This document shows positions 44,560 through 58,500 of a stretch of 64,000 bases of DNA, in pieces. Source of the DNA: Bugula neritina (lineage: Eukaryota; Animalia; Bryozoa); contig OZ037765.1 of assembly GCA_964035545.1 (NCBI GenBank), positions 1,674,001 to 1,738,000 on the forward strand, written 5' to 3'. Numbering within the stretch: position 1 is the first letter of the stretch; each line of letters starts with the position of its first letter. The position numbers and the translations under genes are program-made. The notes under the pieces are model-generated. The model was not told the DNA's origin and did not search any database. It worked only from the letters and a program-made list of their open reading frames with translations.

Positions 44560-47441
44560 ATTATAAGGCTGAGAAACTAAATCTAAAATTAAATAGATAA
44601 TTTTTGCATTCACACAAGGTTTGTTGATTATATTTGTGTTTTATTGAATGTTCCTAAATTTATTTGTAGTGATTTTATTAAACCATGCAAAAGTCTGTCA
44701 GTTTAACTTCAGATATGTATTTATTTAGTCAGCTTTTATTAGTCACTTTTTATAATATATTTTAAAATTAAAGCAGCTAGTTTGCCATTTTCTATGACAA
44801 TAAACTGCAAGAAATAAATCTAAAAAAATTTAGAATTAGCAAAAGTTTGAAACCTTGTTTGTATTTGATGTTTTTTTTAAAAAACTTAAACGATACTATT
44901 TTGTAAAGCTAACTTTCTGGTAACAAAATTTCAGTTTTTCAAAACTAAAATTGGACATTCAGTTATATAATCTTACGATGAAAAGTTATCGGTGGATAAT
45001 ACATCTCTGCATGTATTCTATAATCTGCTAAGTCAAATAACTGCAAGCATAAAAGAATATTTTGACAATTTTTGATGCACAAATAAAAAAAAGTAATAAC
45101 TTTAAGTTTTAGTTTTAATTTCTATAGGAAATTTGTTATGTATTACTTACAAACTTTTGAATTTTACCTTAATTTAGTTACTCTTATTTGTCTAATGCGT
45201 TATTATCATATATTATAGTCTAACAAACTGTTGCTTCTTGAGCTTATGAAAGTAGTTTTATCTCAGGAGCAACTCCAATTATTTTTAATTGCTGAGGAGT
45301 ACAAAATATTGCAACTGTTCTAAATAATGCTATTTTTAGCAGACATTTGCAAAATAACCTTGCTCAAAAAACAAAAAAAAAATTAAAAATTATTTAAATG
45401 GTAAAGAAAATCAAAACTCTCACTTTTGCATATAACAGTAAAATCATTCTTTGTGTTTATTCATTTACTCTGATTATACAGAGTTTTGTGACTATGCCCC
45501 CATCATCCTCATCACACAGAAAGACAAAAAGAGAGGTGAGAGCTCAATCAGACCAAATTACTGATCTACAAGAAACTCTATCTAAATTACAGGAGGAAGT
45601 GAAAACTTTAAGAAGCCAAATGGAAATCTGGTTTAATGCCATGTTACAAAGTGTAAGTTTGATTCGGAACATAAATAATAACACTAACTTGAAATACTTG
45701 ATGCTTGGAAACTGTTTTTTGAGAATAGTGAATGAGCATTCAAAATTAGATTTACAAACTTATATCAATAATTTTTTAACAATTTATTGACTAACCTTTA
45801 AATCATAGCTAAAAATTGATTTAAGGGTCATAACATGTGGCGTAAAAGTGATTTGTATCTATATAATGGGTTTTCTAACATGGGCTTATTTCAATAGTGT
45901 AGCTATGTTAAATATGTAGGCATGTATATAGAGCAACATTACCATCTTTAAGGGAGATATGTGCAATGCTGGCTGTTTGAGAGCATGTAACCTGTTCCAA
46001 CACTCATTGTGGCTTCAAATTAGTCTAGTCAACTGAATAGCTTAAGCCAGCAAGCATAAATGGAATGCAAGAAATAAACAATTTACAAAAAAAATACTTT
46101 CAAAGTACCAATAGGCAGTGGCACATAAATGTTTTCTGTCTGACTTGCAGCTGTTGGAAGACCCTCCAGTAAGGAGCATAAAGGAGACAGGAGCTGACCA
46201 CATTGAAGCCATGATTAGAAGTCTTAAGACATCTGGTATGAGGTTTTCTATATTATGATATTAGATGTAAAAAATATTCCCATAAGTTTATAATCACTAT
46301 CCCTGTCAGAACCCCTAATGGAAAGGGGCTGTTTTAGAATGAGGCACAGTAGCAATTATGACTGAATGCTCTTCCTAATATTACTGCAGGTGTTTCACAT
46401 GAACCACTAACCTTGTAATTACTGGGCCAGCACTCTAACGGCAGTTCCCTTATGCCTTCCTAGATGCAGTCATCTTTTTAAAGAAACATTCCAAGACAAA
46501 CATTAGTATACAGAACCAAACAGTTCTGTCAGTCAAATACAAAGTATATTGCGCAATTATTCAAGGTGTCTAATTTCCAAGGAGATGCACTAGACTAAGT
46601 ATTATCGTTACATAAGATAACATCTCACCACAGAATAAAAGATATGGAAGGTTCCAATAGATGGCATCAACTCTTTCAATAACATACAATATTTCCTTAC
46701 AATAAAGGTATTTCTCTATCATATAGCCTACGCAAATATGCAACTGAGATATACCTAAACATTTACAATAAATACTAGTTGATTCCATGAGATCTTATTG
46801 ATTTATTAATGTGACTTCAATAAGTTTTAGTAAAGCTATAATTTTTTCAGAAATGGTATAACCACACCATAACAATAACCAGCTGAGTTAAGGACGGAAC
46901 ATCTTAGCTAACATGAAGATTCTTGCTCTGAGCCTAGTCTGAGCTGTCCCTTAATTGTGATATTTATACTTGACCCAGAATTATAATCAAATAAACAAAC
47001 AAACACACCAATCACTTTTATCTTTTCATTTAAGCTATAATGTAGGGCTTACTTTTTTGTTTTAAATTAATGCTTTGAAACATTATTTAAAAGTTTCAAA
47101 GCACTACAGAATCAAAACCAAGACATATATTTCTAGGTCAGCATGTTTAGTGGTTGTTTTTAAAGGTTTATGGCGCCAGCCTTAAGTATTATGTTTTAAT
47201 GGACGACATGCAAATATTGTTGTTACAATGTATTCTAGGAGTGAGAAGAGCTACGAGGAGAAGTGGAGAACCTGGTAAAGATGGAGTACCTGGCAAAGTT
47301 GGAGAACCTGGTAAGGATGGAAGAGATGGAAAACCGGGTAAAAGTGGTACAGATGTAGGACTTGGAGAAACTGCAAATGATTCACCTGATGATGAAAAGG
47401 CAACTAATTGTTCCAGCAGTTTGCTAATCCACCCTGATTAA
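44560..47441 (+). pseudogene. Paralog A: decayed coiled-coil + short collagen gene
   Basis: Exons at ~45482-45652, 46151-46235 and 47239-47441 are homologous to paralog B. The start exon near 44565 has ATG>AAG and no GT donor, the exon 2 acceptor is lost (tttag>ttcat), and the first Gly-X-Y triplets carry Gly>Arg. A residual ORF runs from ATG 45494. Confidence 0.65.
46284..46450 (-). mobile_element. tRNA-derived SINE, older copy
   Basis: Reverse complement matches the SINE core (taggaagagcattcagtcataattgct..gtgcctc) and 3' end (cagggatagtgattataaactt) of the copies at 57155 and 58683. Confidence 0.8.
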
Positions 47442-47848
47442 AGCAAATTACAACACAACAGCCATATTACTACATTTTTACAACTTATTTATATTAACAC
47501 ACCTTTTATTAAGTATCTTTACAGGAAGTAACAAACTTAATTTGTGCACTGAAGTATGTATATTAAATGAATTAAGGTGTTTTCTTGATTCATGAAACCA
47601 GAGAGCTTCACTAAATATAAGAACCATCTTGTTAAAGCAATTGCTACACTGATTTAATTTATTATTGTGACAAAATTTCTTTCTCTGTAATCTTTGTAAG
47701 AACTAGCTATGTATTAAGGAAATCACAGCACTGTAAAAGCCTATAAGTTTTTGAATAAAACATTCTGGTACTACAAAAAGTTTTTGCTATTCGTAAGGCT
47801 ATACAGGTTCGGCGTGTTGGAGTAGCTGTGGGAGCCAATAGTTGTAAC

Positions 47849-48290
47849 AGTTTCATCCTAGCTAGACGCTATAGGCCAAATTTCCCACTTGGACACTATT
47901 TATTTGTTTTAGTACAATATATATTTTACGTACAATTTATTTGAATATTATTGAAATATTTGTATATTTAAATAAACTTGGATCAATTGCTGCTTGTTAT
48001 CTAACATATAAATAAATTCCTGTGATTTGCATTAACTTATTAATTTTGCATATTCTATACTTCTTGTTGTTTGAAAAAATAGTTCGTTAATAAGTATATT
48101 CATTAAAAATAATGTCTATTATTAATGTATTACTGTTACTGACTATTATTCAAGATACTTTATATTAGCTGTTAGCTATTTAGCAACAAACACAGCAGTT
48201 GCATAAGCAGCATAGCTATATACATTATCATGATACCAAAATAAAATTTAAGGTCTAACTGGGAAGCGCCTATATAAGTGGGATGACACC
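47849..48290. mobile_element. MITE family 1 (GG..CC ends, 8-bp TSD; Merlin-like by end pattern)
   Basis: Ends agtttcatcc / ggatgacacc; TSD gttgtaac at 47841-47848 and 48291-48298; empty site in the paralogous segment near 44029. Confidence 0.85.
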
Positions 48291-48863
48291 GTTGTAACTT
48301 CGCAACGTATATTCTTGCATGAAAGGGCTGGTTGTAGTAAAAGTAAGTTATATTACATTATACATTAGCTCATATTATTATATGAGCTATTTTACATTAT
48401 AATAGCAATGCATCAATATGGTTTCAACTAACTTTAGTGATAAACTATAAAAGAGTGCTCATTCAAGTTAAATTAACTGAAACTCCTTTCTTTTCTCCCA
48501 AAAAGGCATCAGCACACTTTGAAGCTTGTGTAAAAAATGTAGATACAAATGCTTTCATTGAGAATTTTTTATTAGAAAAGTATTTTCACATTCAGTACAT
48601 TATTATAAAAGAAATTTAGAAGGAATTTATTTTTTGAATAAAAAATTATAATAAAAGCAGCTGTATAGAAATGATTTCTATTTATATCACCATTTTATAT
48701 TATGTCAAGCTTTTATCTAGTTGGATAGAGTGTTAAATACAGCCAATTGAATTTGAATCAATCAGCTGAAAGTAGCGAAACATGGTATGCCAACATAAAG
48801 GATATATAACACTAGTTGATGCTCTGCTAGTAAGACTATACTGTACATGAAGGGAGTTTCAAC

Positions 48864-51800
48864 ATGGCTGGAAAACTAAACCTCGCAGGTAAATAGATAA
48901 CTTTTGCATCCATATACAGTTTATTCATTAGATTTATGCTTCATTGAAAGCTTCTAAATGTTTACGGCTATAGCTTTAGTTAAGCTGCCAAATTGACTTC
49001 AAATATACATATTTTCAGTCAGAGTTTAACCATAGATTTCTAAAATTAAAGCAGGTTATAATTTGGCTCAGCTAAAATATAAAGGTTGGTTTGCTATGGA
49101 ACAAAATTAAATATTACAGTGAAATAATGCTAAAGAATAACAAAACCGATAACCTAAGACCTATATAGATTTTTTACATTTTGTGTCTTTCTTCTAAAAA
49201 ATACAACATTTATTTAGTAAAAAACACTTTCTGTTGGTTATTTTTTAAAAAGTTCCAAAATTTCAAACTCAAAATAGGACATCCAGTTATGTAGTCTTAC
49301 AATGGAAAGTTGAAGGTGAATAGTACAGGACTTGACATTTCTGTTTTCTATAATTTGCTAATTTAAATAGCTGTAACCATGAAAGAATATTTTGACATTT
49401 CTTGATATATAAATTGAAAAAAAGCAATAATCACTCGATCCAGAATTGCTTTTGATTAGTATAGGATGTTGCTTATGCAGCCATTACAGTAGTCATATAA
49501 ATTTGTCAAATATTCCGTGCGGTTTTAATCCCCTTTATGTTAATGTAGCTACTCTGCTTTGTTTAATGCAGTATTATGTGTTATAGTTTAATATATGGAA
49601 AATTGCTAGTTCATAAGCTTATGTCTTATGAAAGTAATTTCATTCCAAAAATGACTCTAGTTATTGTTAAAACTTAATTAAACATAGTCAAAAAGTGTCA
49701 TATTTTTATATGGTAGTAAAGTTTGTCACTTTTTTTATCATAACAGTAAAATTAGTCTTTGTGCTTATTTAGCTACTCTGATTATAATGTATTTGATGAT
49801 CACACCATCATCATCACATTTTTTCAATGACGGCAAAAAGGCAAGAAAAGCTGTGAAAGAGCAAGCAGGCAACATTGAAGATCTACGAGCGAAGAATTTA
49901 AGATTAGAAGAGAAAGTAAACCAAATGAAAAATTTGCTTGATGGAAACCTAAAAACACAGATTTCAAGACTAGAAGAGAAAGTAAACACTCAATCTGACC
50001 AAATTACTGATCTAAAAAAAACAGTTTCCGGATTAGAGGAGGAAGTGAAAACTTTAAAAAGCCAAATGGAAACTTGGCTTAGTGCCACGTTACAAAGTGT
50101 AAGCTTGATCTTGAGCATGAATAATAATCCTTGCTTAAGATACTTGATATAGTAAGGCTTGCAAAGTATTGTCTGAAAATGGTGAATGAGCCTGTAAAAT
50201 TTGATTTAAAAACTGAAATTAACGAATGTTTGATATTTCATTAAGACACCCTCAAACCCTGACTATAAAATTATGATTTGAGTATTTTAATATGTGGCAT
50301 AGGAGTGATTTGGATCTCTTAGGCTTGATTCAACAGTGGGGCTATGTCAAATATATACGTATATAGAGTAAAATTTCCATCTTTAGGAGAGATATGTGCA
50401 TAATGTAGGCAGTTTCAGAACGTGTAGCCTATTTTTACACTGGTTGTGGTTTCGGCAATAGTCAGCTGGTGGCTTGAGCAGGAAAACATAAATTGAATAC
50501 TTACAATATGGAAAAATTAAGCTAGAAATATTGATTTACCTAGTAGAGTATGTAAATGTTCTCTGTTTGACTTGCAGCTGCTGGAAGACCCTCCTGTAAA
50601 GATCAATGCAGGCAAGAAAGAGGCTGAACACATTGAAGCCATGATTAACAGTCTTAAGACATCCGGTATGAGACCTTCTAAGTTATAATACTACTAAATA
50701 GTTACTGCAAGCTGCTACAATGTATCTTGCAGATATAGTAAAATACTGTTTGAGAAAATCTCAATTTTTTACTGCAGTTCAAATAAAACATTTAAATTAG
50801 GTAGTTTATTTACCATATAGTTGCTTTTATTCTAGATAATTACGAGACATTCAAAATCTTAACTGCTTTTTGTAAGCTATAATGGTATTACCATACAAAG
50901 AATTATATAATCATGTCTACTTTTAAAATTGTAAATAACCATAAGCTTTTACTTTTATGCGTCATACAATATTTCAATATGTAATTAGTTTGTTCCTTTT
51001 CTAAAATAAGGACAAATGAGCTAAATCGCGACTTTTTAGAGTGGCCATAGCTCTGAAGGACTTGATAAAAGTGTTCCTGGTTAACATAATGAAAATGTCC
51101 ACAATTGTTGTTAGATGGCATTAAATTCACATTTTTTTTAGTATTGGCATACGCTCTTGACACTCACCCCGTTTAAATAAAAGCCATGCGTTTTAGAATC
51201 GACTGTTAGTCTGCACAGAGTTTCTTTCTTCCAGAAAAGACAAGTCCAAATTATTCAGTTTTTTTTGCATGCCATAAAAGCAATTGGTGGCCCCAGTATT
51301 TTACTCCACCTACCCCACTCCACCTTTGCTCTAATAACCTAATTTATTGCACCCAAAAACTCAATTTTCATTATGTTTGATAAAGAACAAAAGAATTACA
51401 TATTAATTCATTTTATGATGCATAAATATAAAAGCCTTATAGTTATTAGCAATTTAAAAATAAAAATAATTGTAATTCTTTGTAATGCGATAGCTTATGC
51501 AAAATCTGTGTAATTATCTAGAACAAACACAGTTAGGATAAATCTGTTTTATTTGAACTGAACTTTTGACTTTTGAACTTTTGTAGCTTATAAGAAAAAT
51601 TAACATTATTTTTAATATCATGGCCTATGATTGAATGACTCACTTCTATTTGTGAAAAACTCAAATACCAACTTCCGTGGAACAAACTATTTGAACTTTG
51701 TTTTATGACACGGTTCCCACTGCCCAAATCTGTCCACACAATCCAAAGTTAGGAAACATGAGTCATAAGCAATAAAATATTACATTCACAGGCACAACAG

Positions 51801-53171
51801 CTTTTTGTTTGTTAATCATATTATAAATAATTTTGATTTGCAATGAATTGGAAAATACTGCTCGATGACTAAAGGTAGATCTAGTTTCTAAGGTTATTTG
51901 CGTATAAGCATAAAATAAGATCTAGCTACGTTTATAGGACAAAGGGATGGAAGTTTCCAATAAGTATTAGTTTCTCCAATAATGCCGACCCAAAGATACT
52001 TCAGCATTTTGAATATTTCCTTGATGCATAGGACACCCAGTTGGACAATGTCACACCAGATTTACTAACTTTAAAGATTAATCTTAATAATCCATTTCCA
52101 AATAAAAGTGCTTTTCACTCAAAAATCAATTCCAACGCAATGCTTACAATTATTATTAAAAATAACTGTAGCACCATAACATACTTTTTATAAATGAACA
52201 ACAGGGATACAGAAACATAGTTTCCTTGCTAATATACTTATATATTACTTTCAAACAAGCAGTCAGGAGTACAGTGTCCTAAGACTAATAAGTCTAACAA
52301 AAAAAACAATTTTTCATTTTTAGCTTATGGTATTTAATAATAGTTTGCTTTGACAATTTAAGGATATCATTTATTTTCAAAATCAAGTTTCTTGTAACAA
52401 ACTAAAAAAGTGTTGATGAGTTTTGTTTTGTAATTGCTATTGCATTGCTACAGACAAAAACCTTAATAGTGGCAGTTAGCGAAAATTAGGTAGGTCATAT
52501 ATTGCAATTAGAGAGTGAGTCTAAGTGAGATTATGGAATTAGAAGTTGAATTAACTGAAACTCATCAAAACTTTTGTTCTGAAACACATTTTAAGAGCAA
52601 CCAGCTGAGTCAAGGGCAGAGCACTTTGGCTAACATGCAGATTATTGCCCTGGGTTTAGCCTGAGTCTGTCTCTGAATCACTTGACCCAGAATTATAATC
52701 CAATGAACAAACACATCAATCACCTTATTTTTTTCGTATAGCTGAAAATTTCTGTAAGAAGCTTAACACTTTGTTCATGAACTATAATGTACCTTTTTTG
52801 TCCTGAATTAACTTTGAAACACTTTGTAAATTCATCAAAGCACCATAAAAATAAAACTGTGCACGTATATTTTTAAGTGTCCTTGTTGTTTGGTTTTGAA
52901 GCTTTGTGACAAATTAACTTGTCATTTTTATCGTCAATAATGAGCTAAAAACATTATAGGAGTGAGAGGAGCCACAGGAAGAGATGGAAAGCCTGGTAAA
53001 GATGGCAAAGATGGAGAACGGGGTAGAGATGGAAAAGATGGAATTCATGGTAAAGATGGAAAAGATGGAGTTCATGGTAAAGATGGAGTTCATGGTAAAG
53101 ATGGAAAAGATAGAGAACCTTGTATTGTTGAAAGATGTATTTCCTGGTTAATAAAACCAGTTTTTCGCTAA
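48864..53171 (+). CDS. Paralog B: secreted coiled-coil + 17 Gly-X-Y protein (216 aa) with no C-terminal domain
   Basis: Exons 48864-48888, 49773-50098, 50578-50665, 52960-53171, all GT-AG and in phase: MAGKLNLAATLIIMYLMITPSSS (signal-like), heptad region, LLEDPP exon, GVRGATGRDGKPGKD.. then stop. Confidence 0.8.
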
Positions 53172-54892
53172 TCTAGTCCAATGAGAAACACATATAATAT
53201 TACTTTTTTTATAATAAAGTATGTAGAATAGATTATTAAAACTGTTAATTCTTGGCTGATGTGAAATCAGAGCAGAGTAGAATTATTTTGCTAGAAAAAC
53301 TGCATACACTGATTTAAATAACATACTATTATGACAAAATTTAAACTTTTTAAACTAAGATTAAAGTTCAAAGACTTTCAATTTTTTATACAAATTTTGT
53401 TCATTGTCATAACAGGTAAATAAAACAAACATAACAATATCATAAAACAAACATTTTTAAAGTTTAAAGTTATTTTATGAGTCAATTTTCTCTTTTTAAA
53501 TAAGCTTATCTTTCATCCGATTTAAACATTCTTGCAGCTTCGTCCTGATTACATGTTGACAATAGTTCCAACTGCTCTTCAAACCCTTTAAAAAAGTAAT
53601 TCATCTACATGTGGGAAAGCTTATGGAGAACTACTATTATTAAGTTTTGACGCAATAACATCCCACTGTAGAATTCATTGACATAAATTTCTCTTTTTGC
53701 CAATTTCTTGTGCAGCACTGAAATATTCTGCATTCATGTATTTGATCAAACTATTTAAACAATATTTACAATATGTAACTACAATGCAGTACATTTACCA
53801 TGCGTGCAAAATGAAGCACTAATACAAAGAATTTAGGGACTCATAAAAAAAAGGTGACTCTGCTTACATTTTGAGTGTAAAAACTGTAAAAACTTTGGAT
53901 TTATTTTCGGTAGATCAATGTCGGCTTTATAACTTCTTTGGCACCTCCATGAAATTGAAGAGGTACTGTTTTTAGCTATTCTTCTAAAATAATCTCTCAG
54001 CTTTTGTAATTTTTATTCCTGTTTTAACTGCAAAAACAATGTTAATTGTGATAAATTTATGATTTTAAAAGATTTATTATTGTCAAATCATGATTTATTA
54101 CTTATAGGAATTTTAATATAGCTGAGACAAATTACATCACCATTTGTAAAGTAAGAATAATTAATAATAAATGCTAACAAAATTATTCACTGGAGACTTG
54201 TTTGCTACTTTAACTAATCCTTATGCTTTAGCTTATACATGTAAGAACATCTGAACCTTGAAAGCTCCAAATATTTGACCTACTTCCTGCTTTGGCTATC
54301 AGACTAACAATCTGATTTGCAGTTCCTTTTGTTCCAGTCATAATGATAGTTTCAAGTTGAAATAAATGGTACTTAATGTTTGCTGGTATAGAAGACGTAG
54401 TAGCTGAAATCAATCTAAGTTGGGTGTAGCAGCTTTTAATGAAAAACGTCTTTGAAGATGAAATACTTTATAGTCATGCAAACAACATCATGTGTCAATT
54501 TGAAACATTAACTTTGAGTTATCACTAGGATGATTTTGATGAGTGAGTTTTACAACTAAATAAAACCAGGTGAGATTTTGAACTCTACCAAATTGAAGTT
54601 CTGACTGAAAACCATGCATAAACACACCTTAACAATATGAAGGGTGATGTCGCAGACCTCTGGCTTGGGCAACCTACAACACTGCACCCAAAGTACAGAT
54701 TCTTGTACCCAGCAGCAGTTAGAGCATATAGACCTGGTGCATCAGCATATTTTACAAGTATAATACTAATTAAATGTATTAATATTATTAAAGGCAGTAA
54801 TATTACTAGGTATTTAATTTTAATCTCATTCGAGCTTAATAAAAGGTAGTTACAACTCAATAAATACATAATTCAACTATTTGTTATCAAAG

Positions 54893-55080
54893 TTATATAC
54901 CTGAGGTAAGCATTGTATATACCTGAGGTAAGCATTGTGTATGCCTGAGGTAAGCATTGTATATGCCTGAGGTAAGCATTGTATATGCCTGAGGTAAGCA
55001 TTGTATATGCCTGAGGTAAGCATTGTATATGCCTGAGGTAAGCAATGTATATGCCTGAGGTAAGCATTGTATATGCCTGA
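54893..55080. repeat. 22-nt x8 minisatellite (atatgcctgaggtaagcattgt)
   Basis: Direct; each unit contains GAG|GTAAG. Confidence 0.93.
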
Positions 55081-55520
55081 TGCTTCTATAAACTACTAGG
55101 TGATCATATTAAGATGACAAACCTGAGGCTCAATAAACATAATATTCCTTTTTCTCAAAATTCTGTAGTTATATGCTAATCTTTTTACATTGGCTTTAGT
55201 AGTATACCGTAACTACTTTTATTATAGTTGCCTCAGTTAGTTGTGGCTGGTTTTTACTGAAACGTTTCCAAATAGTCAAGCTATTGTCACTTGAACAACT
55301 TTGAATAAGTATATTCTATTTAAGCAGACAATACTATAAAGTGTAAAACATGTAATGATCTTCAACACTAATTTTACGGTACAAATAATCCTCACAAAGC
55401 CCACTACTTGAGTCAAGGAACACAGGCTATGGCTATAGTCTAGAGGCTATGAATAACATGGGAACATCCTTGTGTGATGAAATCACACGACTGCTTGTTA
55501 GAAATCTGATGACTTTTTAT

Positions 55521-58500
55521 ATGAATTGGAAGTTAACATTTTCAGGTAAGTTAGTAGAATTTGTAATTTGTTAGATTTATATGCTTTAAGATAATTTTTG
55601 AAGCTAAAATTAGTTTTGAAAATTTGATGTAAGGAACTCAATTAAACTTTGTAGAAAAAGTTAGCTGTTGAGTTGAATCTGAAAAATCTTTCAAAATATC
55701 TTATAAGCTGGAGTCTATAATAAATATCCGTTTAAGTGATCTATTTTATAAATAACTTAAATAATGAGTGTCATAGTGTAGTAATATATCTCTACAGAAT
55801 GTAAAAGAAAGTCAAAGATTGTTTTAGTATAACTACTTTTACCATTTTTGAATTTTGTGAATTCAGATAACTGCAACCATAAATAAAAGTCTAGGATTCA
55901 AATAGTGATATGACTTTCCAATTTATTACACTGCTATTGTAGTATACTCACATATACATTTTATATTTAGTATGGTTTTTGTTTTATGTATGCGAACTTA
56001 TTAGTTTACACAACCTGTTGATACTTATGTATATTTAGTTGCCCTGACTGCGCTCTTCGTGATGCAATCATTGTTACATCTCAGTTTAAAGAATGCCATA
56101 GAAGTTCAAACAGCCAGAATTTCTGAGCTGGAGAGAAGTAATTTAGAGCTGGAGGAAAGGCTATCCACTCAAAAGCTTCAGGCAGAAACCTGGCTCCATG
56201 CCATTCTATACAGTGTAAGTTTACATGTTCCTGGAGTGTTTACAAGATGTCTATACTAGGTTTTAAAGAATCCCTGACACATTTTATTTGTACAGTAATA
56301 AAATATTCATATATATCCTTGCTATTATCTACAAACTTTTTGGAGATTGTGTGCTCAATAAGTTATAATAAGTTTTGTGCAAACATGTCTTGAATTAATT
56401 TAGGATTTCTGATGGTATGCTGATGCCGTTTCTAGTCTACTCTGAAGCCCATGGTATACTATAGAATTAATAGTTATTATAGCTAACTTCCATTGCATGC
56501 TATTCTTTGCTGCTACAACACACAACTTGTTCACTGAGCTCGCTTGAATGTGTAAAGCTTTAAAAGCCAGCTCATTTATGTAGCTGTCTGCTGCTTGATA
56601 AAGTGTGTCAGAGATTATTTAAGAAGCTATTTTTGTCAACAGTAAATTTTTTTCAAGAAACCTGGTGGCCAAAAGTTTAAAACTTGAATCATGTTGATTT
56701 GAGAGGCTTTGAAGTAAAGCTCCACATGTTTCCTGTGGTGGTGACTGGTACATAGGCTAGGTCTTCTCTGCTTGTAGCTGTTGGAGGACCCCATCGTATC
56801 CAAAGTACACGAGACAGAGGATGGGCACCTCGAATATATGATTGACATCCTTCGAGTATTTGGTATGTTGCCTTCTAACTAATGTAATACAAGTTATACA
56901 ACTAATAAAGTATGTGTATCTAGCCAGATCATGTAGCAAATTTAGTTTGTAAAAACCGGATTCTTTGTCAGTAGCATGCAGCTGCATTAGAACAGCTGGT
57001 CAAACAGCAAAGTGATGGCCGATGCGCTAGACTTTTGGACAAGATGTACGACAGTACACACTTTCGTGGCCTAACAAAAAAAGGTGAAAAATGAATGTGA
57101 ATTTCTTATGGTTAATAAATCACAGAACTTAGGTTATATATATCTGATTATTATTGATCTAGGGGGTAAAGCATTTGCCTAGTAAGCACGGAGGTCATGG
57201 GTTCAAGCCCGGACAAAGGTCATTGGTGATGTTAGGAAGAGCATCCAGTCATAATTGCTCCTGTGCCTCATTCAAATAAGTCCTTAGCCCGCTTTGACAA
57301 AAACCCCTTCCATCAGGGGTTTCTCACAGGGATAGTGACTATAAACTTCCGTGAGTGAGTTTTTATTGTTTTTACATTCAGAAACAAGATGGATTAAAAT
57401 TGGGTCATGTTGGCTGGTTCAACATTATTTGAATGGAATCATAAGAAAAGTTTGCGGGTCATACCAATTATTTTACCGGACAGCTGATTTTTAGATTAAA
57501 ATTGTAAATTGTATATCAATGTTAATATAGAAGTGAGGTTTTTTAATGGTGGTCACTGTTTAAATGAAAATAGCTGTGACTCGAGTTATAAGTAATAATT
57601 TTGATACTCAATAGATTAAATTTGGGAAAATTTTCTATGATGAGGCTTTGCTATGGGTATATCCAAGTAAAAATACTGCGTAATAACTCAAACTGTCTAA
57701 TTCCAAAGCAGATGTGCTCAGTATTACTAAAGAGTATCAGATAACATAAGTTCTTATAACAATACAAAATATTTTTGACACAATGTTAAAGCGATCTGTC
57801 TCTATCATGGCATATACCAGCGTGCCATTGTAGTTATAACATGTACCTAGCCATGTAGAATATCCTTATTCAAATTGCTTAATAGATAGATAGATTAGAT
57901 TACATGTATTATAAAACATACCTTTCATTACTTAAAAGATTGGACAAGTATATAACCTATATTTTTTCAACTAGCAGTCAAAGGCATTCCAGTTGGATGC
58001 TATTTATTTATTTTGGTACAATATATATTCTATGTGCAATTTATTTGAATATTATTGAAATATATGTTTATTTAAATAAACTTGGATTAATTGCTTGTTA
58101 TTTAGCACATATAAATAAATTCCTTTGACCTGCATTAACTTCTTAATTGCATTTTCTATACTTCTTGTTGTTTGAAAAAATATTTTGTTAATCAGTATTT
58201 ATTAATGACCATATCTATTATTAATTTGTTACTGCTTTTTTCCATACACATTTTCATGAAAATGGGAATACTATCCCAGATAATTTGTATTAGCTGTTAT
58301 TATAGCTATTATAAGCTATAGGTATTTAGTAATCAATGCAACATTTATATAGGTATGTTACTATATGTAATTGCACTAAAATAAATAAATAGCGTCTAAC
58401 TGGGAAATGTCTAACTGGGATGAAACCTAGCAGTCAAAGGCATCTTTGAAAAAGCAAGTTGAATGGCACAGCACAAAATATACTAGAAAGTAGAAAGTGT

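Noticed and set aside
53480-54869. Possible minus-strand gene or transposon remnant (Cys-rich fragments, AAGYKNL motif)
   Set aside because: Fragments are short, interrupted and not in the order expected for a P2X7-tail-like or Kolobok accessory protein; a tBLASTx search is needed before any call.
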